Both the position numbers and the translations under genes were made by a program. DNA of 64,000 bases, from assembly GCA_046328535.1 (NCBI GenBank), contig JAXLWJ010000023.1, positions 9,186 through 73,185 of the forward strand, given 5' to 3'. Every line of letters starts with the position of its first letter. Position 1 is the stretch's first letter. Below, piece by piece: positions 48,765 through 57,776 of this stretch. The notes under the pieces are model-generated. The model was not told where the DNA came from. It was given only the letters and a program-made list of their open reading frames with translations, and did no database searches. The DNA comes from Anaerolineae bacterium. GTDB taxonomy: Bacteria > Chloroflexota > Anaerolineae > Epilineales > JAHCIE01.

Positions 48765-51008
48765 CTATGGCCGGCGGCGCAGGTAGACGTAGTAGTCGTT
48801 CACCGCGCGGCACGCGAGCTGGAGCCGATACGCCGTCAGCGTCGTACTCGTGCCGGAGGGCGGCTGGAGGCACGACGTGACGCCCGGCGTGCGGTCGAAG
48901 CACTCCATCCGCAGGTAGTCCCACTGCGGCCGGCCGGCGTATTGTGGCTCCGGCCGGTTGTAGTTGATGCCCTCCAGGAAGCTCAGGTCGGCGAGAGCGT
49001 TGTCGAAGGTCTGGCCGTTGGCGCTGACGGCGCGCAGGTCGGGCGCGCTGACAGTGCGCTGGCCGGCCGGCTCACTCGGCGGGCAGATGCCGGGCGATGG
49101 GCAGATATCAACGCGCGGGTCCTCGACCATGCCCACACCGTTCTTGTTCACGTTCGTGCCGATGCTCAGCTCTTCCGGCAGGATGTCGGTGATCTGCCGC
49201 GACGTGCCGTCCGGCAGCGCTTCCATCATGTGCGCCGTCGAGGTGTAGGGGCATTCCAGGGGGACGGGCCGAATGTAGATGTCGTAGACGTTGCTGGCGT
49301 TGCAGGCGAACTGGAGTCGCCATGTCGGCTGAGTCGTTGTTCCACCCGACGGCGGCGTGAGACACGACGTAGCGCCCGGCGTCAGGTCGTTGCAGGTCAT
49401 CCGCACGTACTCGAACTGCGGCCGGCCGGCGTACTGCGGCTCCGGTCGGTTGTAGTTGATGCCGCTCAGGAAGCTCAGATCGGAGAAGGCGTTGTCGAGG
49501 GACTGGCCGTTGAGGATCACGGTGCGAAGATCGGGGATGCTGACCGAGCGCTGGCCCGGCGTGGTCTCGCTCGGCGGGCAGACGCCGGGCGACGGGCAGA
49601 TGTCAACGCGCGGGTCTGCCAGCATGGTCACGCCGTTCTTGTTGATGTTCGTCCCGACGCTGAATTCCTCCGGCAGAATGTCGGACATCTGTTGCGTCGT
49701 TCCGTTCGGGAGAATTTGGAACAGGCGCACCGTGGAGTTGTACGAACACGTCTGCGGCGTCGGTGTCAGCGTTGTCGTCGGTGTCAGTGTGGCCGTGGCG
49801 GTATTAGTCGGCGTGGCCGTGGCCGTTGCGGTATTGGTCGCCGTGCGGTGCGGTGGCCGTCGCTGGTCGGCGTGGCGGTCGTCGTGGCCGTCGCCGTGCT
49901 CGGTCGGCGTCGCGGTCGTCGGCGTGGCCGTGGCCGTCGCTGTGTCGGTTGGCGTCGCGGTCGTCGGCGTGGCCGTGGCCGTCGCCGTGTCGGTTGGCGT
50001 CGCGGTGACCGCGTGGCCGTGGCCGTCGCCGTGTCGGTCGGCGTCGCGGTGACCGGCGTGGCCGTGGCCGTCGCCGTGCTGGTCGGCGTCGCGGTGACCA
50101 GCGTGGCCGTCGCCGTGCTATCGCGCGATCGCCGTATGGTCGGCGTCGCGGTGACCGGCGTGACCGTGGCAGTTGCCGTATCGGTCGGCGTCGCGGTGAC
50201 CGGCGTGACCGTGGCGCGTCGCCGTATCGGTCGGCGTCGCGGTGACCGGCGTGACCGTGGCCGTCGCCGTGTCGGTTGGCGTCGCGGTGACCGGCGTGAC
50301 CGTCGCTGTCGCTGTGCTGGTCGGTGTCGCGGTGACCGGCGTGGCCGTCGCTGTCGCCGTATCGGTCGGCGTCGCGGTAACGGGCGTGGCCGTGGCGATA
50401 CTTGTGCTAGTCGGTGTCGCGGTGACCGGCGTGGCCGTGGCCGTGGCCGTCGCCGTTGCGGTAGCGGTGCTGGTCGGTGTCGCCGGGGTGATGCGGCCTG
50501 TTGGCGTCACGGTTGGCGTCGGCAGGAGGATGGCGGGGATGTTCAGAATGACGGTACAGCAGAAGCCGAAGCGGTCGCCGGTCACGATGTACTCGTTTCC
50601 GCCCTTGCTCCCGTAGCCGGGCGGAAAGGCAAACACGAGGCGGTAGTCCTCGGGCGTCGTCAGCGCCACAAACCCGTACTGGCCGTCGGCGCCGGTGATC
50701 TGGGCGCCCAACGGGGTGTTGGGGTCGCTGACCTTGTAGAGCGTGACACTCACGCCTGCCAGGCCAGGCTCGTCGGGCTCGTGAAGACTGTTCGCGTTGC
50801 GGTCGAACCAGACCTGGCCGCCGAGGCGGCCGTTGTTGCCGATACATCCCTGGGGGCTATCGCTGTGGCACTCCGGAATGGGAGCGTCTGCGGTAGCGGC
50901 GGCGGCAGGCGCGTCGGATTCACGCGCTTGCGCTGGTGGAATGACAGACAGGCCGAGACCAGCACCGGCAAGAGCCAGCGCTATGAGCAGGTACGTGACG
51001 GTCCTCAT
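48765..51008 (-). pseudogene. large secreted protein (signal peptide, SdrD-B-like domain, 45-nt PT-repeat array, two novel 6-Cys domains) with an interrupted reading frame
   Basis: ORFs 50118..51008 and 48765..49730 lie on the same strand. They are joined by a 45-nt tandem repeat array (about 49790-50480) in which single-base length differences shift the frame. The downstream ORF start is a GTG within continuing PT-repeat translation (...TLTPTPQTCSYNSTV|RLFQ). Confidence 0.55.
49790..50480 (-). repeat. 45-nt coding tandem repeat array (15-aa TATPTDTATATVTPV-type units)
   Basis: Unit ggcgtcgcggtgaccggcgtgaccgtggccgtcgccgtgtcggtt is repeated head to tail with point variants. It lies inside the interrupted secreted-protein gene. 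Confidence 0.85.
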
Positions 51009-51113
51009 AGGCCCCTCTCCTGTGGGTGACTCACCTGATAGGGCGGCCAGCCAACAATATGCGAATACGACGCAGTGTGAACAGATCCGGCTTGTGGGTA
51101 GCCCAGCCGTAGC

Positions 51114-51141
51114 TTGACGTGGGCTGCCTGGGGTCTATAAT
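51114..51141 (+). promoter_or_regulatory. candidate promoter upstream of the LLM oxidoreductase gene
   Basis: TTGACG - 16 nt - TATAAT. Confidence 0.45.
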
Positions 51142-51218
51142 CGGCGGTGGGTGGGGTGCGTGAAGGCGAGGATGAGAGCGGAAATGGGTGTGCTAATCTA
51201 ATGACGAAGGAGACAAGG

Positions 51219-52046
51219 ATGCGATACGCAATCTGTGTGACGAACCTAGGGACATACTCTGACCCGGGCGTCGTCGCCCGTCTGGCGGCGGCAGCGGAAG
51301 ATGCCGGCTGGGAAGGGCTATTTATCTGGGATCACCTGGGCTTTGTGTGGGATGCGCCCGCGTGTGATCCCTGGGTGGCCCTCACCGCCGCAGCCGCGTC
51401 AACAAATCGCCTGCGGCTAGGAACAGCCGTCACGCCTGTTCCCCGCCGCCGGCCCCATGTTCTGGCTACAACATTAGCATCATTAGACATTCTGAGCAAG
51501 GGACGGGCCATCATAGGCGTCGGGATCGGCGGCGTCCCCAGAGAATATGAGGCGTTTGGCGAAAACAGCGATGCGAAACAGCGCGGCGCGATGCTGGATG
51601 AGGCGCTGGCGATCATGGATGGCCTATGGTCCGGCGAGACGGTGACGTACCACGGACAGCACTACACCGTCGAGGGCGTCACGCTCAAGCCGCCGCCGGT
51701 GCAACGGCCGCGCGTTCCGGTGTGGGTCGGCGGCAACAGCGGCCCGGCGCTGCGGCGCGCGGCGCGCTGGGACGGCTGGATGCCCGACAGCGCCGACATC
51801 GAGAAGATCGTGATGACGCCGGCCGACCTGTCGGCCAAGCTGAGCGTCCTCCAGAGCCATCGCACATCCGATGGCCCCTTCGACGTGGTGTTCATGGGCT
51901 ACTCGACGCCGGCCGACGGCGCGCTCGCGCAAGAGTACGCCGAGGCGGGCGCGACGTGGTGGCTGGAGCAGCTCCACGACAGGCGCGGCTCGTACGAGGC
52001 GATGCTGGCGCGGGTGACGGCCGGGCCGTTCCCTTCAACAAAATGA
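51219..52046 (+). CDS. LLM-class (luciferase-like) F420/flavin-dependent oxidoreductase
   Basis: ORF 51147..52046 trimmed to the ATG at 51219, with GAAGGAG upstream. Reads ...GWEGLFIWDHL..., ...RLRLGTAVTPVPRRRP..., ...VPVWVGGNS... Confidence 0.75.
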   Translation: MRYAICVTNLGTYSDPGVVARLAAAAEDAGWEGLFIWDHLGFVWDAPACDPWVALTAAAASTNRLRLGTAVTPVPRRRPHVLATTLASLDILSKGRAIIGVGIGGVPREYEAFGENSDAKQRGAMLDEALAIMDGLWSGETVTYHGQHYTVEGVTLKPPPVQRPRVPVWVGGNSGPALRRAARWDGWMPDSADIEKIVMTPADLSAKLSVLQSHRTSDGPFDVVFMGYSTPADGALAQEYAEAGATWWLEQLHDRRGSYEAMLARVTAGPFPSTK

Positions 52047-52073
52047 TTGATGCGCCCTCGGCCTGGCCCTTGC

Positions 52074-52102
52074 TTGCCGGAAATGCGCCTTTACGCTATA
52101 CT
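52074..52102 (+). promoter_or_regulatory. candidate promoter upstream of glgC
   Basis: TTGCCG - 17 nt - TATACT, about 35 nt upstream of the ATG at 52137. Confidence 0.45.
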
Positions 52103-52136
52103 GCCCACAGACTAAACAGGTATTCGCGGAGGGAAT

Positions 52137-53411
52137 ATGCGTGTCCTGGCGGTGATTCTAGCGGGTGGAGCGGGAACGCGGCTAAGTATCCTGTCTGAGA
52201 AGCGCGCCAAACCGGCCGTCCCTTTCGCCGGCAAGTACCGCATCATTGATTTCGTGCTGTCCAATTGTGTCAACTCTGATATCTACAATGTGGCCGTTTT
52301 GACACAGTATCGCCCGCACTCCCTCAACGATCACCTGGGCAATGGCCGCCCGTGGGACCTGGACCGAACGCGCGGCGGGCTGCGCGTCTTGCAGCCCTAC
52401 CAGGGGCGGCGCGAGGGCGACTGGTATCGCGGAACCGCCGACGCGGTGTTCCAGAATCTGCCGTTCATGGATATCTCTGCCGACACCGTTCTCATCCTCG
52501 GCGGCGATCACATTTACAAGATGGATTACCGCGACATGCTGACGGCGCACCGCGAGAACAATGCTGACCTGACCGTTGGCGTCCTTCACGTCCCGCAGTC
52601 CGAGGTCCACCGCTTTGGCATCCTCACGGCGGACGACAGCGGCCGCATTACCGATTTCAAGGAAAAGCCCAAGAAGTCGGCCAGCAACCTGGCTTCGATG
52701 GGCATCTACGTGTTCAAGGCCGAGGTGCTGCGCGAGGTCCTGTCCGGCACTCCAGAGCTGGTGACGCCGGGCATCGCGCCTGCGCCCACCGCTGGCCGCC
52801 CGATGGACTTCGGCAACGACGTCATCCCGGCGATGATCCACAGCCACAACGTCTTTGCGTTTCCCTTCGAGGGCTACTGGGTTGACGTCGGCACGATTCA
52901 GTCGTACTGGGACACCAACATGGAGCTTCTCGACCCGGAGCCGCCCCTCGACCTGTACGACCCGGCGTGGACGATCCATACTCGCAGCGAGGAACGTCCG
53001 CCAGTGCGGCTCGGCAGCGCCGCCGAGCTGGATCGCGCCTTCCTCTCCAACGGCTGCATCATCGAGGGCCGCGTCGAGCGCTCCGTCCTGTCGCCGGGCG
53101 TGCGCGTCGGCAAGGGCGCCTGTGTCCGCGACTCGATCATCTTCAACCACACGGTCATCGAGGATGGCGCCGTCGTGGACCGCGCCATCATTGACAAGGG
53201 CGTGACGATCGGCGCGGGGGCCGTCGTCGGCGAAGGTCCGTTCGACGTACCGAACCGCCAGCACCCGGACCGGGTGAACACGGGCATCACGCTCGTCGGC
53301 AAGACCGCGACGGTGCCGGCCGGGGCGCGCATCGGGCGCAACGTCATTGTTTCGCCGGACCGCAACGTGGAGGGCTTCCCCCCCGTGGTCGAGAGTGGCG
53401 AGACGGTGTAG
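52137..53411 (+). CDS. glgC: glucose-1-phosphate adenylyltransferase
   Basis: 424-aa ORF with [27 protein letters not shown] and a left-handed beta-helix C-terminus. Confidence 0.9.
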   Translation: MRVLAVILAGGAGTRLSILSEKRAKPAVPFAGKYRIIDFVLSNCVNSDIYNVAVLTQYRPHSLNDHLGNGRPWDLDRTRGGLRVLQPYQGRREGDWYRGTADAVFQNLPFMDISADTVLILGGDHIYKMDYRDMLTAHRENNADLTVGVLHVPQSEVHRFGILTADDSGRITDFKEKPKKSASNLASMGIYVFKAEVLREVLSGTPELVTPGIAPAPTAGRPMDFGNDVIPAMIHSHNVFAFPFEGYWVDVGTIQSYWDTNMELLDPEPPLDLYDPAWTIHTRSEERPPVRLGSAAELDRAFLSNGCIIEGRVERSVLSPGVRVGKGACVRDSIIFNHTVIEDGAVVDRAIIDKGVTIGAGAVVGEGPFDVPNRQHPDRVNTGITLVGKTATVPAGARIGRNVIVSPDRNVEGFPPVVESGETV

Positions 53412-53424
53412 CCTTCGCTTGAAG

Positions 53425-53690
53425 ATAAGCCTGGGCTGTCATGCCGAGACCCCCATGCCCGTGGCGGCATGCGCCGACACAAGGAACGTCTAGGCTGTCG
53501 CCCCGAGCGAGGGCAAGGCTATGCGGCGAAAGTGCGTCCTGTCGCCCAGCGGGAGGCTGCTTCGTCGTCCTATCGTCCTCCTCGCAGCGACGCCGTCTGT
53601 GTTCTGAGCAGTGGAACGAGGCATCTGGGCCGCAGCCCAGACCCCTCACTCTGTTCGGGTTGACAGCGACTGTCATTCCTCTGGGCGTGC
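53425..53690. repeat. cluster of family-F-related hairpin modules
   Basis: ggctgtcatgccgagac..., ggctgtcgccccgagcgagggcaagg..., ...ctgagcagtggaacgaggcatc..., ...ggttgacagcgactgtcattcc. The modules are degenerate. Confidence 0.55.
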
Positions 53691-53691
53691 C

Positions 53692-54258
53692 ATGCTGATA
53701 CGCGATCTCGATGCCGCGAACGACGCGGAGATTGAGCAGGCCGCCGCCGCATTGGTCGAGGGTTTCCGCGACCACTGGCCGGCGGCCTGGCCCGATATGA
53801 CGGCAGCGCGCGAGGAGGTCGGCGAGGCGCTCGAAGACGGCCGCGTCTGTCGCGTGGCGTGCGGCGACGATGGCGCGCTGCTAGGCTGGATCGGCGGCCG
53901 TCCAACCTATGCCCGCGTCTGGGAGCTGCACCCGTTGGTCGTCCGGCCCGACGCGCAAGGCCGCGGCATCGGGCGCGCGCTCGTCGCGGATCTCGAGCGC
54001 CAGGTCGGGGCGCGGGGCGGGCTGACCCTCATGTTGGGGACCGACGACGAAGACGGCATGACCACGCTGGGCGGCGTAAACCTGTACCCCGATGTCTTGC
54101 TCCACCTCGCCCGCATCGGCAACCTGCGCCGCCACCCGTTCGAGTTCTACCAGACGTGCGGCTTCGTCATCGTCGGCGTTGTGCCGGACGCGAACGGCTT
54201 CGGCAAACCCGACATCCTCATGGCAAAGCGGGTGGTGAGTAGTGCGTCAGTGTCATAG
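53692..54258 (+). CDS. GNAT family N-acetyltransferase
   Basis: ORF 53611..54258 trimmed to the ATG at 53692. Acetyl-CoA motif VRPDAQGRGIGRAL. C-terminus reads ...FYQTCGFVIVGVVPDANGFGKPDILMAKR. Confidence 0.8.
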   Translation: MLIRDLDAANDAEIEQAAAALVEGFRDHWPAAWPDMTAAREEVGEALEDGRVCRVACGDDGALLGWIGGRPTYARVWELHPLVVRPDAQGRGIGRALVADLERQVGARGGLTLMLGTDDEDGMTTLGGVNLYPDVLLHLARIGNLRRHPFEFYQTCGFVIVGVVPDANGFGKPDILMAKRVVSSASVS

Positions 54259-54314
54259 CAGGCGGATCTTCGTCACTTTGCCACTTCGTCACGCCGTCAC
54301 CGCTTCTAGAAACT

Positions 54315-55676
54315 ATGCGCTACGACGACCCTGACTGGCAGAACCGCATGCGGGTGCGCCTGGACACCAACCTCGCCTGGGCGGACCGCGTTGGACCGCG
54401 CGGCGTTTCGGCCGATGCCCTCGCGCCGTTGACGCCGGTGTTGGCGGCGGCCGCCGACGCGGGTTTGAAACCCGCCTCGACACTCGCCCCGGCCCACCCG
54501 TCGCCCGGCGATGTGACCGACTTCGCCCGCTGGGCCGGCCGCCGCTACGAGAGCCTCGTCGTCCTGGCCGACGGCGCGCTCGGCGAGGGCATGGCCGCCC
54601 TCGCCGCCGCGCTCCTACACCCCCACTGGAATCTGCTAGGCCGCGCGGCGCGCGTCGGCCCGCGATTGTTCTTCGTCAACACCACCGACCCGGAGATTGT
54701 GAGCGGCATCCTGGACGTACTCGACCCCACCACGACGCTGTTCGTCGTCGTGGACGCGGCCGGCGCCGCCCCCGGCCCGCTGGCTGCGTTCCTGGTCTTC
54801 CGCCGCGCCCTGATGACCGTCCTCAATGAGACATACCGCGAGCACATCGCGGGCTTGGGCGGGCCGACGGCCGATGTCCTGCGCGTCCTGGGGCGGCAGG
54901 AGGGCTTCCCCGTCTTCGATCTGCCCGCTGCCGGCGCGACCCTCCTCGACCCGGCCCCGCTGCTGCCCCTCACGGCGGCCGGCGTGGACAGCGGCGAGCT
55001 TCTCGCCGGCGCTGCCTATGCGCGCCAGATATGCGCCGACGCGGAGCCGTGGCGCAACCCGGCTCTGATGGCCGCCGCGCTTCACTGGCTGGCGGACCGC
55101 GAGGGTCCGCGCAGCGCGACTGTGGTGGCGGAGGCGGCCGCGCTGGCGCCGCTCGGCCGCTGGCTCAGTGCGCTGGCGCAGCGAGGGGACGGCGGCGCTG
55201 GCGCTGAAGCGCCCCGCGCACCGTCCGGCGACCTGGTGGACATTATCGCCGTCGCCGAGTACCGCCGCGAGACACCGGCGCCGGAGCTGCGGACGCGCTC
55301 CGCGCTGCCCACACCCGAAGCCCGCGCCGCGCGTGACCAGGTCGTGGCCGGCCTGGGCTATCTGGGCGGGGCGCTGTTCAGCGAGCTGCGGCAGGCGGAG
55401 GCGCGGGCCAGGGCGCTCATTCTGGCCGAAGCCGGCCGGCCCTCGCTGACGTACCGCCTGCCGGAAATCGCCCCATTCACCATCGGCCAGCTCGTCGCCC
55501 TCTGGGAGGCGCGGACGGCTTACCTCGCCCGCTTCCTGGGCGCGGCCGCCGACGGCGGGGGCGACGCGGCGCTGCGCGAGGCGGCGGCCGCGCTCGCCAA
55601 CCGCCCCGACCTGGCGGAGCGCCGCCGCGCCCTGCTGGCCGAGGAGAGTCGGGCGCGCGACGACCGCATTATTTAG
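54315..55676 (+). CDS. phosphoglucose isomerase (SIS-fold) homolog with degenerate active-site motifs
   Basis: 453-aa ORF colinear with ~450-aa bacterial PGIs (...LFFVNTTDPEIVSGILDVLDPTTTLFVVV...). The GIGGS, SKSGTT.E, GGR[FY]S and FDQPGVE..K positions read ADGAL, DAAGAAPG, AAGATL and AADGGGDAALRE. Confidence 0.6.
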   Translation: MRYDDPDWQNRMRVRLDTNLAWADRVGPRGVSADALAPLTPVLAAAADAGLKPASTLAPAHPSPGDVTDFARWAGRRYESLVVLADGALGEGMAALAAALLHPHWNLLGRAARVGPRLFFVNTTDPEIVSGILDVLDPTTTLFVVVDAAGAAPGPLAAFLVFRRALMTVLNETYREHIAGLGGPTADVLRVLGRQEGFPVFDLPAAGATLLDPAPLLPLTAAGVDSGELLAGAAYARQICADAEPWRNPALMAAALHWLADREGPRSATVVAEAAALAPLGRWLSALAQRGDGGAGAEAPRAPSGDLVDIIAVAEYRRETPAPELRTRSALPTPEARAARDQVVAGLGYLGGALFSELRQAEARARALILAEAGRPSLTYRLPEIAPFTIGQLVALWEARTAYLARFLGAAADGGGDAALREAAAALANRPDLAERRRALLAEESRARDDRII

Positions 55677-56065
55677 CCGCGCTTGCCCTCGACGCGCGCT
55701 TTGAACTTCGCCACGTCAATGATGAAGCGCTCGTGGTCGCCCTCGCCGACGCGCTCCCGCTCATCCTCCGCCGTAACGCGAAACACAAGCCGCCGCCCCT
55801 CCACCGCTGTCAGCTCCGAGCGCACACGGACGCGCATGCCCATCGGCGTCGCCGCCAGGTGGCGGACGTTGACCAGCGTGCCGACGGTCGCCTGTCCGGC
55901 GTCCAGGGCGGCGTTCGTCGCCAGAACGGAGGCTTCCTCCATCCACAGAATCATCTCCGGCGTCGCCAGGACATCCACGCTGCCGCTGCCCAGGTGCGTC
56001 GCGGTGTGCTCCGGCCCGACCACGCGCTCGAATTCGCCGACAAGACCCACATTCAGATCCGCCAT
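55673..56065 (-). CDS. hotdog-fold thioesterase (FlK-like family)
   Basis: ORF 55673..56158 trimmed to the ATG at 56063-56065 (MADLNVGLVGEFERVV...). Contains ...ATVGTLVNVRHLAATPMGMRVRV... Confidence 0.7.
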   Translation of the reverse strand: MADLNVGLVGEFERVVGPEHTATHLGSGSVDVLATPEMILWMEEASVLATNAALDAGQATVGTLVNVRHLAATPMGMRVRVRSELTAVEGRRLVFRVTAEDERERVGEGDHERFIIDVAKFKARVEGKRG

Positions 56066-56174
56066 GCTATGCTCCTCGTGTTGGACAATGGGGGTATGAT
56101 ACCCGCGTTGGGACGAACTCGCCAATGCCCGTCGGGGCGCTGGGGTAGCTCCGTACAATAGCGTAGAACCCCTG

Positions 56175-56236
56175 CTGGCGGTGGAGTGACAACTCCACCG
56201 CCACTGGGAGGCGCTGGAGATGGCTCTCCAGCGCCA
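56175..56236. repeat. family-B hairpin pair, in the opposite order and orientation to 28114-28180
   Basis: ctggcggtggagtgacaactccaccgcc followed by gcgctggagatggctctccagcgcc. Confidence 0.8.
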
Positions 56237-56355
56237 GCACGATATGCTTTCCAGGCTAAACGACGGAGCGGCCAGGGTTGGCCCCAGCGCGGCGAAAGGG
56301 GTAGAATTAGCGCCAGGGCCGAAGGGGGGCGGCGACCGCCTTCGGAGACTCGTCT

Positions 56356-57678
56356 ATGAAACCTCTGCTGTTCGCCCTGCTCGCTCTCGCCACGTTCGCC
56401 CTGCTGGCGGCGCGGCTCATGCCGAGCGCCGCCACCGCGCCCGACGCGCCCATCGGCGGCTGCGCACTCTTCCCCGCCGACAATGTCTGGAACACGCGGG
56501 TAGATAGCCTGCCCGTTGACCCCAATTCGGCGGCCTACATCGCCAGTATCGGCCCAGGTGTTGGCCTGCACCCTGACTTCGGCGCGGGGCTGTGGAACGG
56601 CGCGCCCATCGGCATCCCCTACACAACGACGCGCTCGTCGCAATCCACGCCCGTGCCGGCGATCACCTTCACCTACGCCAGCGAGAGCGACCCCGGCCCG
56701 TACTACATCCCGGCCGGCGCGCCCATCGAGGGCGGCAGCGACGCCCACGTCCTCGTCGTGGACACGGACACCTGCACGCTCTACGAGCTGTTCGCAGCCT
56801 CGCCGCAGGCCGGCGGGGCGTGGACGGCCGGCTCCGGCGCGATCTACCACCTGGGGTCCAATGCCCTGCGGCCGGCCGGCTGGACGAGCGCCGACGCCGC
56901 CGGCCTGCCTATCCTGCCGGGCCTCGCCCGCTACGACGAGGTCCAGGCGGCCCTCGCGCCCGGCGGTCTCGGCTACATCCCCCATGCCCTGCGCTTCACC
57001 GTGCAGACCACGCAGCGCGCCTACATCTGGCCCGCGCGCCATTATGCCTCGTCCAACACAAGCGCCAGCGTGCCGCCGATGGGCGTGCGCTTCCGCCTCA
57101 AGGCGAGCTACGACATCGCCCGCTTTACGCCCCAGGCGCGCGTCATCCTGCGCACCCTCCAGATCTACGGCATGATCATTGCGGACAATGGGAGCGACTG
57201 GTATATCAGCGGCGCGCCGGATCCCGGCTGGAACGACGACGACCTGCACAGCCTGAGCAGCGTCACCGGGGCGAACTTCGAGGCCGTAGACGAGAGCGGC
57301 CTGATGGTGGACCCGAACTCCGGTGCGGCGCGGAGCCAGGGCGCTTCCCCATCGCCCACCGGGGCTATCGGAAGCGCTACGCCCACCATCACTCGGACGG
57401 CGACGCCGACACGCACCCCGACATCCACGGCGACACGCACGCCGACGCCGACCGCGACGCGCACGCCGACGCCGACGGCGACACGCACGTGTCGCTATCT
57501 CGGCGATGTGAACGGCGATGGACAGATTGACGCGCAAGACGTGCAGCTGGAGGCGAGCCACTGGCCGCGCCGCGCCCTCGGCCCCGATGACGCGCCCTAC
57601 GACCTTGACGGCGACGGCGTCGTGGGCATCGCCGACGTCATGCAGGTGACGGCGAACCTCGGCCGCCCGTGTCGCTGA
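56356..57678 (+). CDS. secreted conserved-hypothetical domain protein with PT linker and C-terminal dockerin-like EF-hand pair
   Basis: Signal peptide, then a ~300-aa domain (CALFPADNVWNTRVD...WTSADAAGLPILPGLARYDEV...YGMIIADNGSDWYISG) and a TPT/TRT linker. It ends GDVNGDGQIDAQDV...DLDGDGVVGIADV. Confidence 0.7.
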   Translation: MKPLLFALLALATFALLAARLMPSAATAPDAPIGGCALFPADNVWNTRVDSLPVDPNSAAYIASIGPGVGLHPDFGAGLWNGAPIGIPYTTTRSSQSTPVPAITFTYASESDPGPYYIPAGAPIEGGSDAHVLVVDTDTCTLYELFAASPQAGGAWTAGSGAIYHLGSNALRPAGWTSADAAGLPILPGLARYDEVQAALAPGGLGYIPHALRFTVQTTQRAYIWPARHYASSNTSASVPPMGVRFRLKASYDIARFTPQARVILRTLQIYGMIIADNGSDWYISGAPDPGWNDDDLHSLSSVTGANFEAVDESGLMVDPNSGAARSQGASPSPTGAIGSATPTITRTATPTRTPTSTATRTPTPTATRTPTPTATRTCRYLGDVNGDGQIDAQDVQLEASHWPRRALGPDDAPYDLDGDGVVGIADVMQVTANLGRPCR

Positions 57679-57682
57679 CGAC

Positions 57683-57722
57683 AAAAAAGTGGCCTGGCCG
57701 CCGAGAGGGTAGCGGCCAGGCC
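57683..57722 (-). terminator. intrinsic terminator of the minus-strand gene 57777..58631; its hairpin may also stop the convergent plus-strand gene
   Basis: 11-bp perfect stem ggcctggccgc/gcggccaggcc (57691-57722). On the minus strand it is followed by ACTTTTTTGT (complement of 57681-57690). Confidence 0.6.
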
Positions 57723-57776
57723 TATAGAGGTGATCCGTGAGGGGAACGTCACGGACCCGTCTTTCGACGGCGGAGA

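Noticed and set aside
49790-50480. A regularly spaced 45-nt repeat array that could at first glance be taken for a CRISPR array.
   Set aside because: The units are contiguous with no unique spacers. They are imperfect and translate into a continuous Thr/Pro/Ala linker inside a gene, so this is a coding tandem repeat.
48444-51029. An 861-aa ORF on the plus strand.
   Set aside because: It runs antisense to the ATP-grasp gene start, the intergenic repeat and the whole secreted-protein gene. Its translation is dominated by R/G/V runs produced by reading the PT-repeat array backwards.
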